From assembly GCA_905234015.1 (NCBI GenBank), contig CAJOFK010000001.1, positions 2,887 to 66,886 on the forward strand: a stretch of 64,000 bases of DNA, read 5' to 3'. The position numbers and the translations under genes were made by a program. Origin of the DNA: an uncultured Ruminococcus sp. (GTDB taxonomy: Bacteria; Bacillota; Clostridia; Oscillospirales; Acutalibacteraceae). Under the pieces are notes generated by a model. That model was given only the letters and a program-made list of their open reading frames with translations. It searched no databases and had not been told where the DNA came from. Of the stretch, positions 11,546 through 21,643 are shown in pieces. Numbering within the stretch: the first letter of the stretch is position 1; every line of letters starts with the position of its first letter.

Positions 11546-11655
11546 GTAGCGTTGCGACCGCCGCCGGTGGCGGATATAGGGAGCAAAAGCGCTGTGCAAA
11601 ATAAGGAGTATTGGGAGTTCGTTCATAGAACGAGCAATACGACTATATTTTGTAC
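11546..11655. repeat. Dispersed structured intergenic repeat, family 2, copy A
   Basis: 110 nt, ungapped 88/110 identity to 56783-56892 with compensatory changes in stems. Confidence 0.85.
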
Positions 11656-11672
11656 TGATAAACTGAATCGCC

Positions 11673-11746
11673 GCTTTACGTCTTATCCGCCCGCGATAAG
11701 ACTGTAGGGTATTTTCAACTTTTATTTGTGGGCGGAAAGACTATGG
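11673..11746 (+). promoter_or_regulatory. Candidate cis-regulatory leader motif, copy 1 (before tsaD-like gene)
   Basis: TCTTAYC-SGCCCGC-GRTAAGR...TAGGG...TGYGGGCGGAAAGRCTATGG shared with 58176-58238. Confidence 0.6.
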
Positions 11747-12696
11747 CGATTAATATGTATTATCTCGGAATTGATACCAGCAACTACACCACCTCAGTCG
11801 CACTGATTGACGAAAACGGAAACGTTTATCAGAATAAAAAGCTCCTGCCTGTTAAAGAGGGCGAAATAGGATTGCGCCAGTCGGATGCGGTATTTCATCA
11901 TACCGCTCAGCTTCATACGCTCTACTGTGAACTGATTAAAGATATTAACCCTGCCGACATTAAGGCGGTCGGAGTATCGACGAGACCGCGTCCCGTTGAG
12001 GGCTCATATATGCCGTGCTTTACCGTAGGGCATAATACCGCGCGCGTAATAAGCGATACGCTGAAAGTTCCGCTTTTTGAGTTTTCTCATCAGGAGGGGC
12101 ATATTGCCGCCGCGATTTACAGCAGTAATGCCGAAGAGCTTTTTAGCGGAAAGTTTATCGCGTTTCACGTCAGCGGAGGAACTACCGAGGCGGTTTTAGC
12201 GGAGCCCGGTAACTTCGGCTTTAAGCTTAAGCTCATTGCCGAAACTCTTGATTTAAACGCCGGTCAGGCTATTGACAGAACCGGGGTTATGCTGGGGCTT
12301 AAATTCCCGTGCGGTAAGGAACTTGAAAAGCTCGCGCTTAATTATACGGGTGAGCTGAAGGTTAAAAAACCGACGCTTAAGGGCGAGGACTGCTGCCTCA
12401 GCGGAATTGAAAATATCTGTAAAAAACTGTATGAAGATAATTATTCAAAAGAATATATATCCGCTTACTGCTTAAAATACATCGAGCAGACGCTGTCTTT
12501 AATGACCGAAAGGCTTCTCGAAAAATACGGCAGACTTTCGCTGCTTTACGCGGGCGGGGTTATGTCGAATTCAATAATAAGAAAACACTTTGAGGAAAGG
12601 TACGGCGCAAGTTTTGCCGAGCACGAGTTTTCGTGCGATAACGCCGCGGGAATTGCGTATCTTACCCTCAGAAAGGCTCACTATGATAAATCCTGA
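11743..12696 (+). CDS. TsaD/Kae1-family (peptidase M22-like) protein
   Basis: LGIDTSNYTTS, SHQEGH, VSGGTT, AGQAIDR, AGGVMSN, DNAAGIA; start could be 11755. Confidence 0.85.
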   Translation: MAINMYYLGIDTSNYTTSVALIDENGNVYQNKKLLPVKEGEIGLRQSDAVFHHTAQLHTLYCELIKDINPADIKAVGVSTRPRPVEGSYMPCFTVGHNTARVISDTLKVPLFEFSHQEGHIAAAIYSSNAEELFSGKFIAFHVSGGTTEAVLAEPGNFGFKLKLIAETLDLNAGQAIDRTGVMLGLKFPCGKELEKLALNYTGELKVKKPTLKGEDCCLSGIENICKKLYEDNYSKEYISAYCLKYIEQTLSLMTERLLEKYGRLSLLYAGGVMSNSIIRKHFEERYGASFAEHEFSCDNAAGIAYLTLRKAHYDKS

Positions 12697-13897
12697 ATTC
12701 TCTAAGCCGAGAATTATTTCCGTATCACAACTGAATTATTATGTAAAATCCCTGCTCGATAATGACCCGAGGCTCTCTAACGTTTTTTTAACCGGAGAGA
12801 TAAGCAACCTTACCGACCATTACCGCAGCGGGCATATTTACTTTTCCTTAAAGGATAAGAACTCGGTGGTACGCGCCGTGATGTTTGCCGGCAACGCGCG
12901 CGGGCTGAAGTTTAAGCCCGAGGAGGGTATGAAGGTAATAGCGCTGTGCAGGGTTTCGCTTTACGAAACTACCGGCTCGTATCAGATTTATGTTGAGGAT
13001 ATGCAGCCCGACGGTATCGGCGCGCTTACTTTAGCTTATGAACAGCTTAAAAAGAAACTCGAGGCTAAGGGCATTTTCGCGCCCGAGCATAAAAAGCCGA
13101 TTCCTTCTTTTCCGAAAACGGTAGGAGTAATTACCTCGCCGACAGGCGCGGCGGTTCAGGATATCCGCAATATACTCACAAGGCGTTTTCCGGGAATTGA
13201 TATTGTGCTGTGTCCGGTGCTGGTTCAGGGCGCCGGAGCTCCCGAACAGCTTATAAGAGCCGTTAATCTTTTTAACGAGTACGACCTCGCCGACGTTATT
13301 ATACTCGGACGCGGCGGAGGCTCTATCGAGGATTTGTGGGCGTTTAATGATGAGAACCTTGCTTACGCGATTTACGCTTCTAATATACCGATAATTTCCG
13401 CTGTAGGCCACGAAACGGATTTTACAATATCAGACTTCGCGGCGGATTTAAGAGCGCCTACGCCCTCCGCAGCGGCGGAGCTCGCGGTACCCGACAGGGA
13501 GGAGCTTCTTGCGTACTATAATTCCCAGCGCCAGTATTTAGGCTCGCTTATTGATAATAAGTTTTCCGCTCAGATGAATTTTCTTTCCGAGTGCAAGGCT
13601 TCCGCGCTGAGAAACTCTCCCGAAAACATTATCTCGGCGTATAAGACGAAGCTCGATTCATTAACCGAGCGCGCGGCTGCTTCGGTAAAAAACACCTTTA
13701 CCGTTAAAAGCGAGGGAATGAAAAAGACCGGCGCAAAGCTCGAGGCGCTGAATCCTGTATCCGTATTGCAGAGAGGCTACGCCATAGCAGAGCTGGACGG
13801 ACGTATTATTAATTCCGTAAAAGAAATAAAAGTTGACGATACATTTAAGCTCACCTTAAACGACGGCGAGCTTAAAGCGAAAGTAACGGAGATATAA
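12683..13897 (+). CDS. xseA: Exodeoxyribonuclease VII large subunit
   Basis: GEISN..SGHIYFSLKD, RGGGSIEDLWAFN, SAVGHETD, RAPTPSAAAE. Confidence 0.96.
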   Translation: MINPEFSKPRIISVSQLNYYVKSLLDNDPRLSNVFLTGEISNLTDHYRSGHIYFSLKDKNSVVRAVMFAGNARGLKFKPEEGMKVIALCRVSLYETTGSYQIYVEDMQPDGIGALTLAYEQLKKKLEAKGIFAPEHKKPIPSFPKTVGVITSPTGAAVQDIRNILTRRFPGIDIVLCPVLVQGAGAPEQLIRAVNLFNEYDLADVIILGRGGGSIEDLWAFNDENLAYAIYASNIPIISAVGHETDFTISDFAADLRAPTPSAAAELAVPDREELLAYYNSQRQYLGSLIDNKFSAQMNFLSECKASALRNSPENIISAYKTKLDSLTERAAASVKNTFTVKSEGMKKTGAKLEALNPVSVLQRGYAIAELDGRIINSVKEIKVDDTFKLTLNDGELKAKVTEI

Positions 13898-13899
13898 GT

Positions 13900-16800
13900 A
13901 TGGCATTTGCTCATTTACATGTGCACAGCGAGTTCAGCCTGCTTGACGGAGCCTGCCGGATAAAGGATCTCCCGAAGAAAGCCCGTGAAATGGGGCAGAC
14001 CGCGCTCGCAATTACAGACCATGGCGTTATGTACGGCGCCGTGGACTTTTACCGTGCCTGTAAAAAAGAGGGTATAAAGCCCGTAATCGGCTGTGAGGTT
14101 TATGTTGCTCCGCGCACTCGATTTGATAAAACCGCCTCTCTCGATATGAACTACTACCATATGGTGCTTTTGTGCGAAAATGAAACGGGCTACCGCAATT
14201 TAATTAAGATGGTATCTCTTTCGTTTACCGAGGGCTTTTACGTTAAGCCTAGAGTTGACGATGAGCTTATTGAAAAGTATCACGAGGGGCTTATCTGCCT
14301 TTCCGCCTGCCTTGCCGGTGAGATTCCGCAGAATCTTCTGCGCGGCGACTATAACGCCGCTAAGGAAAAGGCGCTTTACTATCAGAATATTTTCGGTAAG
14401 GATAACTTTTTTATTGAGCTTCAGGACCACGGCTTAGAGGAACAGCTTCGTATTAATCCTGACTTAAAAAGGCTTGCCGCCGAAATCGGCGCGGACTTGG
14501 CTGCTACGAACGACGCTCATTATATCGCTAAAGAGGACTCGAAAACTCACGGTATTCTGCTTTGCATCCAGACTAATAAAACTGTCGAGGACAACGACCG
14601 TTTTGAGTTTAAGTCGGACGAGTTTTATCTTAAGTCCGAGGACGAAATGCGCGGGCTGTTTAAAGACTGCCCCGAGGCTATAGAAAATACTCAGAAAATC
14701 GCCGACAGGTGTAATGTTGAATTTGTATTCGGCGAGCGGAAACTCCCGCGTTATGATTTGCCCGACGGCGTTGACCACTACGAATATTTTAAGAAGGAAT
14801 GTTATAAGGGGCTTTTTAAGCATTACGGAAACAGCCCCTCGCCCGAGCTTGTCGAAAGGCTTGAGTACGAACTTTCTACCGTTAACCGTATGGGTTTTGT
14901 GGACTATTATCTTATAGTAAACGATTTCGTTCAGTTTGCTAAGCGCTCGGGTATACCGGTCGGCCCTGGACGAGGCTCCGGCGCGGGCTCGCTTTGCGCT
15001 TACTGCATAGGAATTACCGACGTTGACCCTATAAAATACAACCTGCTTTTTGAGCGTTTCTTAAATCCCGAACGTGTAAGTATGCCGGATTTCGATATTG
15101 ATTTTTGCAAGGAACGCCGCGAGGAGGTTATTGATTACGTTATCTCAAAGTACGGCAGCGACCGCGTAGCTCAGATTATTGCGTTCGGTACTATGGCGGC
15201 GCGCGGTTCAATTCGCGACGTCGGACGTGCTCTCGCGGTACCCTACGGCGCAGTTGACAGAATCGCAAAGCTCGTGCCGTTTGAGCTGAATATGACGATT
15301 GAAAAGGCGCTTAAAATCTCCCCGGAGCTTAAGAGCCTGTATGATAACGACGATAAAACAAAAAGCATAATCGATATTGCCCTTAAACTCGAGGGTATGC
15401 CGCGCCACGCGACAATGCACGCCGCCGGAGTTGTTATTACCGATAAGCCCGTTTCCGATTATGTGCCGCTGTCGAGCAACGACGGCAATATCGTAACACA
15501 GTTTACTATGACGACCTTAGAGGAGCTCGGGCTCCTTAAAATGGACTTTTTAGGGCTGAGAAACCTCACCGTTATCGACGATACCGTAAAGATGATTAAA
15601 GAGGTAAATCCCGACTTCACGCTCGACGATATACGCGACGACGACAGGGCTGTTTATAAAATGATGTCTCAGGGTAACAGCGAGGGCGTTTTCCAGTTTG
15701 AATCTCAGGGAATGAGAAACGTGCTTACTCAGCTTAAGCCCGATTGCTTCGAGGACTTAATAGCGGTAATTTCGCTTTACCGTCCGGGACCTATGGACAG
15801 TATTCCGACATATATCGACTGCCGTCACAACGCTTCTCATATAAGATATAAGCATCCTATGCTTGAGAGCATACTCAACGTAACCTACGGCTGTATAGTG
15901 TATCAGGAGCAGGTTATGCAGATTCTCCGCAAGCTCGCCGGCTACTCGCTCGGACGAGCCGATATAGTGCGCCGCGCTATGAGTAAAAAGAAGCACGACG
16001 TTATGGAGAAGGAGCGTAAAATCTTTATCGAGGGATATGTGAACGAGAGGGGAGAAGTTGAGGTTGACGGCTGCTTAAGGCGCGGAATAGACCGTCAGAC
16101 CGCCGCCGCGATTTACGATGAGATGGAAAGCTTCGCCTCCTACGCCTTTAATAAATCCCACGCTACTGCCTACGCGAAGATAAGCTTCCAGACCGCGTGG
16201 CTTAAATGCCATTATCCGAAGCAGTATATGGCGGCGCTGATGTCGAGCGTGCTCGATAACCGCAATAAGCTCGCTGTATATACCGCCGAGTGCCACAGTA
16301 TGGGAATCCGCGTACTGCCGCCCGACGTTAACTCAAGCTTCTACGGCTTTACCGTTTCGGGTAAAGATATCCGCTTCGGACTTCTCGCGATTAAAAACCT
16401 CGGCAGGCAGTTTATCGATACGATAATTGAAAAGAGAAAGCTTTCGCCGTATAAGAGCTTTTACGACTTTTGCAAGAAGGTTTACGGCAGGTCGATGAAC
16501 ACCCGCGCGGTGGAGAGCCTTATAAAATGCGGCGCACTCGATAATCTCGGGCTCAACCGCCGCCAGATGCTTCTTATGTGCAAGAACGTTATTTCCGATT
16601 TGGAGTACGAGAGCAAGAAGAACGTCCGCGGTCAGATGTCGTTTTTCGATATGGGGAACGAAAATCAGGCTTCCGACGAGCTTGACGTTCCTTCGGTAAG
16701 CGAGTTTTCCCGCGAGGAGCTTCTGTTTATGGAAAACGAGGTTGCGGGAATGTACTTAAGCGGTCACCCGATTGACGAGTACGAGGACTATATAAAGGCG

Positions 16801-17385
16801 GTCGGCTGTGATAAAATCTGCGATATAATCAACCGCGAGAATAATAAGTATAAGGATAACAGCTCGGTTCACCTCGTTTGTATTGTTACCAAGCTTAAAA
16901 ATCAGATTACTAAAACCAGCCGGATGATGGCTTTCGTGACGATTGAAGACAGGTACGGCTCCGCCGAGGCTATCGTATTCCCCGAGGTTTTCGTAAAATG
17001 CGGAGCGCTGCTTTCTCAGGGCAGTACGGTTGAGATTTTCGGCACCGTCAGTATGAAGGAGGACGAGGAGCCTAAGATTATCTGTAACGAGATTCGCTCC
17101 GTTGACAGGAAAAATATCCCGAAAACTCCCCTGAATCCCCCCAAGCCTCAAAAAAACAATAAGCCCCCTAAGCTGTATCTCAGGATTGATAACCTCGAGA
17201 GCGAGCTTTATAAGAGAGCGTTCAGGGTGCTTGATATTTTTGAGGGCAGAACCCCGGTTATTTTCTATCTTACCGACAGCGAAAAAAAACTAATAGCCCC
17301 CGAGCATATGTGGGTAAGCTTAAACGACGTTATGATTAATGAGCTTAAACATCAGCTCGGCGACGAGAATGTAGTAGTAAAATAA
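13900..17385 (+). CDS. dnaE: DNA polymerase III alpha subunit
   Basis: PHP HLHVHSEFSLLDG, GPGRGSGAGS, PDFDIDF, YAFNKSH. Confidence 0.98.
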   Translation: MAFAHLHVHSEFSLLDGACRIKDLPKKAREMGQTALAITDHGVMYGAVDFYRACKKEGIKPVIGCEVYVAPRTRFDKTASLDMNYYHMVLLCENETGYRNLIKMVSLSFTEGFYVKPRVDDELIEKYHEGLICLSACLAGEIPQNLLRGDYNAAKEKALYYQNIFGKDNFFIELQDHGLEEQLRINPDLKRLAAEIGADLAATNDAHYIAKEDSKTHGILLCIQTNKTVEDNDRFEFKSDEFYLKSEDEMRGLFKDCPEAIENTQKIADRCNVEFVFGERKLPRYDLPDGVDHYEYFKKECYKGLFKHYGNSPSPELVERLEYELSTVNRMGFVDYYLIVNDFVQFAKRSGIPVGPGRGSGAGSLCAYCIGITDVDPIKYNLLFERFLNPERVSMPDFDIDFCKERREEVIDYVISKYGSDRVAQIIAFGTMAARGSIRDVGRALAVPYGAVDRIAKLVPFELNMTIEKALKISPELKSLYDNDDKTKSIIDIALKLEGMPRHATMHAAGVVITDKPVSDYVPLSSNDGNIVTQFTMTTLEELGLLKMDFLGLRNLTVIDDTVKMIKEVNPDFTLDDIRDDDRAVYKMMSQGNSEGVFQFESQGMRNVLTQLKPDCFEDLIAVISLYRPGPMDSIPTYIDCRHNASHIRYKHPMLESILNVTYGCIVYQEQVMQILRKLAGYSLGRADIVRRAMSKKKHDVMEKERKIFIEGYVNERGEVEVDGCLRRGIDRQTAAAIYDEMESFASYAFNKSHATAYAKISFQTAWLKCHYPKQYMAALMSSVLDNRNKLAVYTAECHSMGIRVLPPDVNSSFYGFTVSGKDIRFGLLAIKNLGRQFIDTIIEKRKLSPYKSFYDFCKKVYGRSMNTRAVESLIKCGALDNLGLNRRQMLLMCKNVISDLEYESKKNVRGQMSFFDMGNENQASDELDVPSVSEFSREELLFMENEVAGMYLSGHPIDEYEDYIKAVGCDKICDIINRENNKYKDNSSVHLVCIVTKLKNQITKTSRMMAFVTIEDRYGSAEAIVFPEVFVKCGALLSQGSTVEIFGTVSMKEDEEPKIICNEIRSVDRKNIPKTPLNPPKPQKNNKPPKLYLRIDNLESELYKRAFRVLDIFEGRTPVIFYLTDSEKKLIAPEHMWVSLNDVMINELKHQLGDENVVVK

Positions 17386-17402
17386 AATGATTTAAATCTG
17401 AA

Positions 17403-17427
17403 AACCGGGCTTGCAGCAAGCCCGGTT
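17403..17427. terminator. Hairpin between convergent dnaE and ACT genes (likely terminator)
   Basis: aaccgggcttgc-a-gcaagcccggtt. Confidence 0.75.
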
Positions 17428-17432
17428 AACTG

Positions 17433-17861
17433 TTAAATATTTTCTATTTCTTCCTGAGTTATAAGCTCTACGCCGTTTTTAACTAAAACGTCCTCGGCTG
17501 CCTCGGGATTTTCTACTCTCATAACAAAATACGCGTATTCCTTTGATCTTGTTACAAAAGCGTACATATAATCAATGTTTATGTTGTGCATTGAGAGAAG
17601 CTCAAGCGGCTTTGTGGTTGAACCGGGCTTATCGGGAATTTTAATTCCGACTACGTTGGTTGTAGATACAATACATTTGTGGCTTGAAAGCGCTTCCTTA
17701 GCCTTTTTTGTATCGCTTACAATCAGTCTGATAATGCCGAAGTCCTGAGTGTCGGCTACGCACATAGCGCGGATATCGATACCCTGCTGTGAAAGCGCGT
17801 CCGTAACCTTTACGACCTGTCCGGGTTTATTTGTTGCAAAAATAGAGATTTGTTTAATCAT
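17433..17861 (-). CDS. Tandem ACT-domain protein
   Basis: MIKQISIF..NKPG, IPDKPG, NIDYMYAF; typical neighbour of paaK. Confidence 0.9.
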   Translation of the reverse strand: MIKQISIFATNKPGQVVKVTDALSQQGIDIRAMCVADTQDFGIIRLIVSDTKKAKEALSSHKCIVSTTNVVGIKIPDKPGSTTKPLELLSMHNINIDYMYAFVTRSKEYAYFVMRVENPEAAEDVLVKNGVELITQEEIENI

Positions 17862-17877
17862 AGCTTTTACCTCTCAA

Positions 17878-19191
17878 TTATTTATTCTCATAAACGTGGC
17901 GTTTATCAACAACACGAACAGCCTTGCCCTCTGAACGGGGGATAGTGTCGGGTGAAACGAGCTTAACCTTGGGCTTGATGCCGAGAGCGGACTTGAATTT
18001 ATTTTCAAGAGCTTTTTCCATCCCGATAATGTCGGAGGGCTTATCGGAGAAGTTATCCTCGTTCATTTCGATATCAACCTCGATGCTGTCGAGGCTTCCG
18101 CTTCTGTCTACGATAATCTGATAGTTCGGCGACTGGTTCTCCTGAAGCAGAACGGCTTCAATCTGGCTCGGGAAGAGGTTAACGCCTCTTACGATAAGCA
18201 TATCGTCAACACGTCCGAGCGGCTTGCTCATTCTTACGAAGGTACGTCCGCAGGCACATTTCTCGTGAGTGATAACGCCGATATCCTTAGTGCGGAAGCG
18301 TAAAAGCGGGAACGCTTTCTTTGTGATTGAGGAGAATACAATCTCACCCTTTGTGCCGTCGGGAACGGGTTCGCCCGTTTCGGGGTTGATAATCTCGATA
18401 ATGAAATGGTCCTCGTTAACGTGCATACCCTTCTGCTGCGAGCACTCGTAAGCAACGCCCGGTCCGCAGATTTCCGTTAAGCCGTAAATATCGTAAGCTT
18501 TGATGTTAAGGCTCTTTTCAATGCTCTGTCTCATTTCCTCAGTCCAAGGCTCAGCGCCGAAGATACCGACCTTTAAGGGGAGCTTAGAGGTATCAATACC
18601 TGCCTTGGCAGCGCTCTCACCGAGGTACATAGCGTACGAAGGAGTCGCGCCGAGAATTGTGGAACCGAAATCCTGCATAATAGTGAGCTGACGAGCTGTG
18701 TTGCCCGAGGAAACGGGAATTGTAGTACAGCCGAGCTTCTGTGAACCGCCGTGGAGTCCGAGTCCGCCGGTGAATAAGCCGTAGCCGTAGGAAACGTGAA
18801 CCTTGTCCTCGCTTGTAGCGCCTGTAGCAACGAGCTGACGCGCACAGCAGGTGTCCCAGATGTCGAGGTCGCCGTCTGTATAGCCGACAACAATCTGCTT
18901 ACCTGTAGTACCGCTGGAAGCGTGGATTCTCGTAACGTCCTTCATAGGAACAGCGAACATTCCGTAAGGATATGTATCTCTTAAATCCTGCTTGCTTGTA
19001 AAGGGGAGCTTTCTGATATCGTCAAGACATTTAATGTCCTCGGGTTTAACGCCCGCCTCGTCCATTCTCTGACGGTAAAGCGGCACGTTGTTGTAAACGT
19101 GGTTTACCTGCTCGATGAGGCGTTCGGTCTGAATTCTGTCAAGTTCCTCCCTTGAGGCTGTCTCGACTTCGGGGTTGTAGTATCTCTCCAT
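17878..19191 (-). CDS. paaK: Phenylacetate-CoA ligase
   Basis: HASSGTTG, YGYGLFTGGLG, FGAEPW, DIYGLTE, GRVDDM. Confidence 0.93.
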   Translation of the reverse strand: MERYYNPEVETASREELDRIQTERLIEQVNHVYNNVPLYRQRMDEAGVKPEDIKCLDDIRKLPFTSKQDLRDTYPYGMFAVPMKDVTRIHASSGTTGKQIVVGYTDGDLDIWDTCCARQLVATGATSEDKVHVSYGYGLFTGGLGLHGGSQKLGCTTIPVSSGNTARQLTIMQDFGSTILGATPSYAMYLGESAAKAGIDTSKLPLKVGIFGAEPWTEEMRQSIEKSLNIKAYDIYGLTEICGPGVAYECSQQKGMHVNEDHFIIEIINPETGEPVPDGTKGEIVFSSITKKAFPLLRFRTKDIGVITHEKCACGRTFVRMSKPLGRVDDMLIVRGVNLFPSQIEAVLLQENQSPNYQIIVDRSGSLDSIEVDIEMNEDNFSDKPSDIIGMEKALENKFKSALGIKPKVKLVSPDTIPRSEGKAVRVVDKRHVYENK

Positions 19192-19211
19192 AAATTTACC
19201 TCCGTAATAAA

Positions 19212-19790
19212 TTATTTACTGCAGTTATATCCGAGCTCAAAGGCTTTCTTGTTGAGCTCAACAAACTTCGGCTTAACCGTAGTTTCAATTGCGTTTATCC
19301 ACTCGTCGTAGCCTATGCCGAGGTGTTTCGCAAGACGTCCCATAAGCACGATATTAACCGCCTTTGAGGAGCCTGCCTGCTCTGCTAAGGAGAGAGCGTC
19401 GAGCTCGTCTACGAAAACGTCCTTATTCTCTAGCTCGCCGAGAATACCGTTCGGGTACTGAGCCGCGCCGATGATTACGGGCATAGGGTCGATTTCCTGA
19501 TTGTTTACTATAATCTTTCCGCCTTTTTTAAGGAAGGAAGCATATCTTGCCGCCTCAAGCTTCTCGAACGAGATGATGTAATCAGCCTCGCCCTGAGTTA
19601 CGATGGGGGAGTAAACCTTATTTTCGTCATACTTAACGTAGGTTACAACGCTTCCGCCGCGCTGGCTCATACCGTGAACCTCGGATACTTTTACGTCATA
19701 GCCCTCAGCGGTGAGGATATTTCCGAGCAGCTTACTGGCAAGCAGACTTCCCTGACCGCCTACGCCGACTATCATTAAACTTGTTGCCAT
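19212..19790 (-). CDS. iorB: Indolepyruvate:ferredoxin oxidoreductase beta subunit
   Basis: GVGGQG, SEVHGMSQRGGSV; ATG overlaps the iorA stop. Confidence 0.93.
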   Translation of the reverse strand: MATSLMIVGVGGQGSLLASKLLGNILTAEGYDVKVSEVHGMSQRGGSVVTYVKYDENKVYSPIVTQGEADYIISFEKLEAARYASFLKKGGKIIVNNQEIDPMPVIIGAAQYPNGILGELENKDVFVDELDALSLAEQAGSSKAVNIVLMGRLAKHLGIGYDEWINAIETTVKPKFVELNKKAFELGYNCSK

Positions 19791-21532
19791 TATTCCTGCA
19801 CCTCTTTTCCGATTGCGCCGAACGGGCAAAGCTGTGAGCATACGTTGCAGCCCACGCACTGGGTGGCGTCGATAAACGCCTTGTTATTCTTAAAGCTGAT
19901 TGAGGGACATCCGAGCTTAAGACAGCGCTTACAGCTTCTGCATTTCTCCTCGTCAACCTTTAAAGGCTTTTCGTGTTTAACGTACTTAAGCAGTACGCAC
20001 GGTCTTCTCGAGATAATTACCGAGGGTTCCTCGGCCGCAAGCTCCTCCTTGAGAACCTTGTCGCATTCCTCGAGATTATACGGGTCGACTACTCTTACGC
20101 GGTTGATTCCTATTGAGTTGCAAAGCGCCTCTAGGTTAATCTTGCCGGCAGGGTCGCCTTTGATGTTGTATCCTGTAGTCGGGTTCTGCTGATGTCCCGT
20201 CATACCCGTGATTGAGTTATCAAGCACAATAACGGTTGAGTTGGACATATTGTAGGCGATGTTGATAAGTCCCGTAACGCCGCTGTGCATAAAGGTCGAG
20301 TCGCCGATAACGCAAACGGTGTTTTTTTCGTTCTCAGCCGCCTTGTTAAAGCCGTGGAGTCCGCTTACGGAAGCGCCCATACAGAGCGTTGAGTCGAGCG
20401 CGTTTAAAGGCGGAGCGGAGCCTAAGGTGTAGCAGCCTATATCGCCGAGTACGGTGATTTTATTCTTAGCAAGAGTGTAGTACATTCCGCGGTGAGGACA
20501 TCCCGAACACATAACGGGAGGTCTTACGGGTATTTCCGAATCCGCGGTAACGCAGTCGATTTCTTCGCCGAGCAGTACTTTTCTGATAGTCTGCTGGCTG
20601 AATTCACCGATATTTGAGAATAAGCTTTTTCCCTCAACCTCAACGCCGATGGTGCTGCAGTGAGTTTCGATAATCGGGTCGAGCTCCTCAACAACCACGA
20701 GACGGTCAACCTTCTCGGCAAAGTCCTTGATGAGCTTGGTCGGGAGCGGGTTAATCATACCGATTTTAAGAATACTTACGCTGTCGCCGAATACTTCCTT
20801 TATGTACTGGTAGCAGGTGCCGGCGGTGATGATACCGAGCTTTGTATCGCTCATCTCAACGCGGTTGTATTCGCAGTCCTCCGCAAGCTGCGCGAGCTTC
20901 TTTGTGCGCTCCTCTACGAATGGGTGGCGCTTAGTAGCGTTTGCGGGGGCCATAATGTATTTCCACGGCTTCTTCTCGTACTCGAAGCCCTCGAAGTTTT
21001 CTCTCTCGCCGATTTCAACAATGCTCTGAGAGTGCGCCATTCTTGTGCACATTCTGAAAAGCACGGGTGTATCGTATTCCTCGGAAAGCTTAAAGGCGCT
21101 TTTCGCGAAAGCGTAAGCCTCGGCAGAATCCGCAGGCTCAAGCATGGGAACCTTTGAGGCTATAGCGTAATGACGCGAGTCCTGCTCGTTCTGACTGGAG
21201 TGCATAGCGGGGTCGTCAGCAACGCATACTACCATACCGCCCGTAACGCCTGTGTATGAGAGCGTAAACAGCGGGTCAGCCGCAACGTTAAGACCGACGT
21301 GCTTCATACAGCAGCAGCTTCTCTTTCCGGCTAAGGACGCGCCGAAGGCTACCTCCATAGCCACCTTCTCGTTGGGAGCCCACTCGCTGTAAACGTCGTC
21401 ATATTTCGACATAAACTCAGTGATTTCAGTCGAGGGAGTACCCGGATAACTGGAAACAACGTTTACGCCGCCTTCGTAAAGACCGCGCGAAACCGCTTCG
21501 TTGCCAATCATCAGTTTTTTAGTTTTCTTCAT
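19790..21532 (-). CDS. iorA: Indolepyruvate:ferredoxin oxidoreductase alpha subunit
   Basis: YPGTPSTE, MKHVGLNVAAD, CSGCPHR, TPP motif GDSTF...N, C-terminal ferredoxin cysteines. Confidence 0.95.
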   Translation of the reverse strand: MKKTKKLMIGNEAVSRGLYEGGVNVVSSYPGTPSTEITEFMSKYDDVYSEWAPNEKVAMEVAFGASLAGKRSCCCMKHVGLNVAADPLFTLSYTGVTGGMVVCVADDPAMHSSQNEQDSRHYAIASKVPMLEPADSAEAYAFAKSAFKLSEEYDTPVLFRMCTRMAHSQSIVEIGERENFEGFEYEKKPWKYIMAPANATKRHPFVEERTKKLAQLAEDCEYNRVEMSDTKLGIITAGTCYQYIKEVFGDSVSILKIGMINPLPTKLIKDFAEKVDRLVVVEELDPIIETHCSTIGVEVEGKSLFSNIGEFSQQTIRKVLLGEEIDCVTADSEIPVRPPVMCSGCPHRGMYYTLAKNKITVLGDIGCYTLGSAPPLNALDSTLCMGASVSGLHGFNKAAENEKNTVCVIGDSTFMHSGVTGLINIAYNMSNSTVIVLDNSITGMTGHQQNPTTGYNIKGDPAGKINLEALCNSIGINRVRVVDPYNLEECDKVLKEELAAEEPSVIISRRPCVLLKYVKHEKPLKVDEEKCRSCKRCLKLGCPSISFKNNKAFIDATQCVGCNVCSQLCPFGAIGKEVQE

Positions 21533-21643
21533 AATTGTTGCCTCCTAAGGCTTTATAAAAGATTTATATTGAATAATTTTGTTGCAAATTTATTAAACCG
21601 GATATATAATAAGCGTTAGTTGTTTAAAACGGAGTGTGAAAAA

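Noticed and set aside
11444-11707. ORFs between nusB and the tsaD-like gene
   Set aside because: They run through the structured repeat; likely spurious
11655-11746. Possible hammerhead ribozyme (ctgataa ... gaaa)
   Set aside because: Core is not CUGANGA and is not shared with the pgm copy
17433-21532. iorAB-paaK-ACT cluster as a novel system
   Set aside because: Well-known arrangement for aromatic amino acid metabolism in anaerobes
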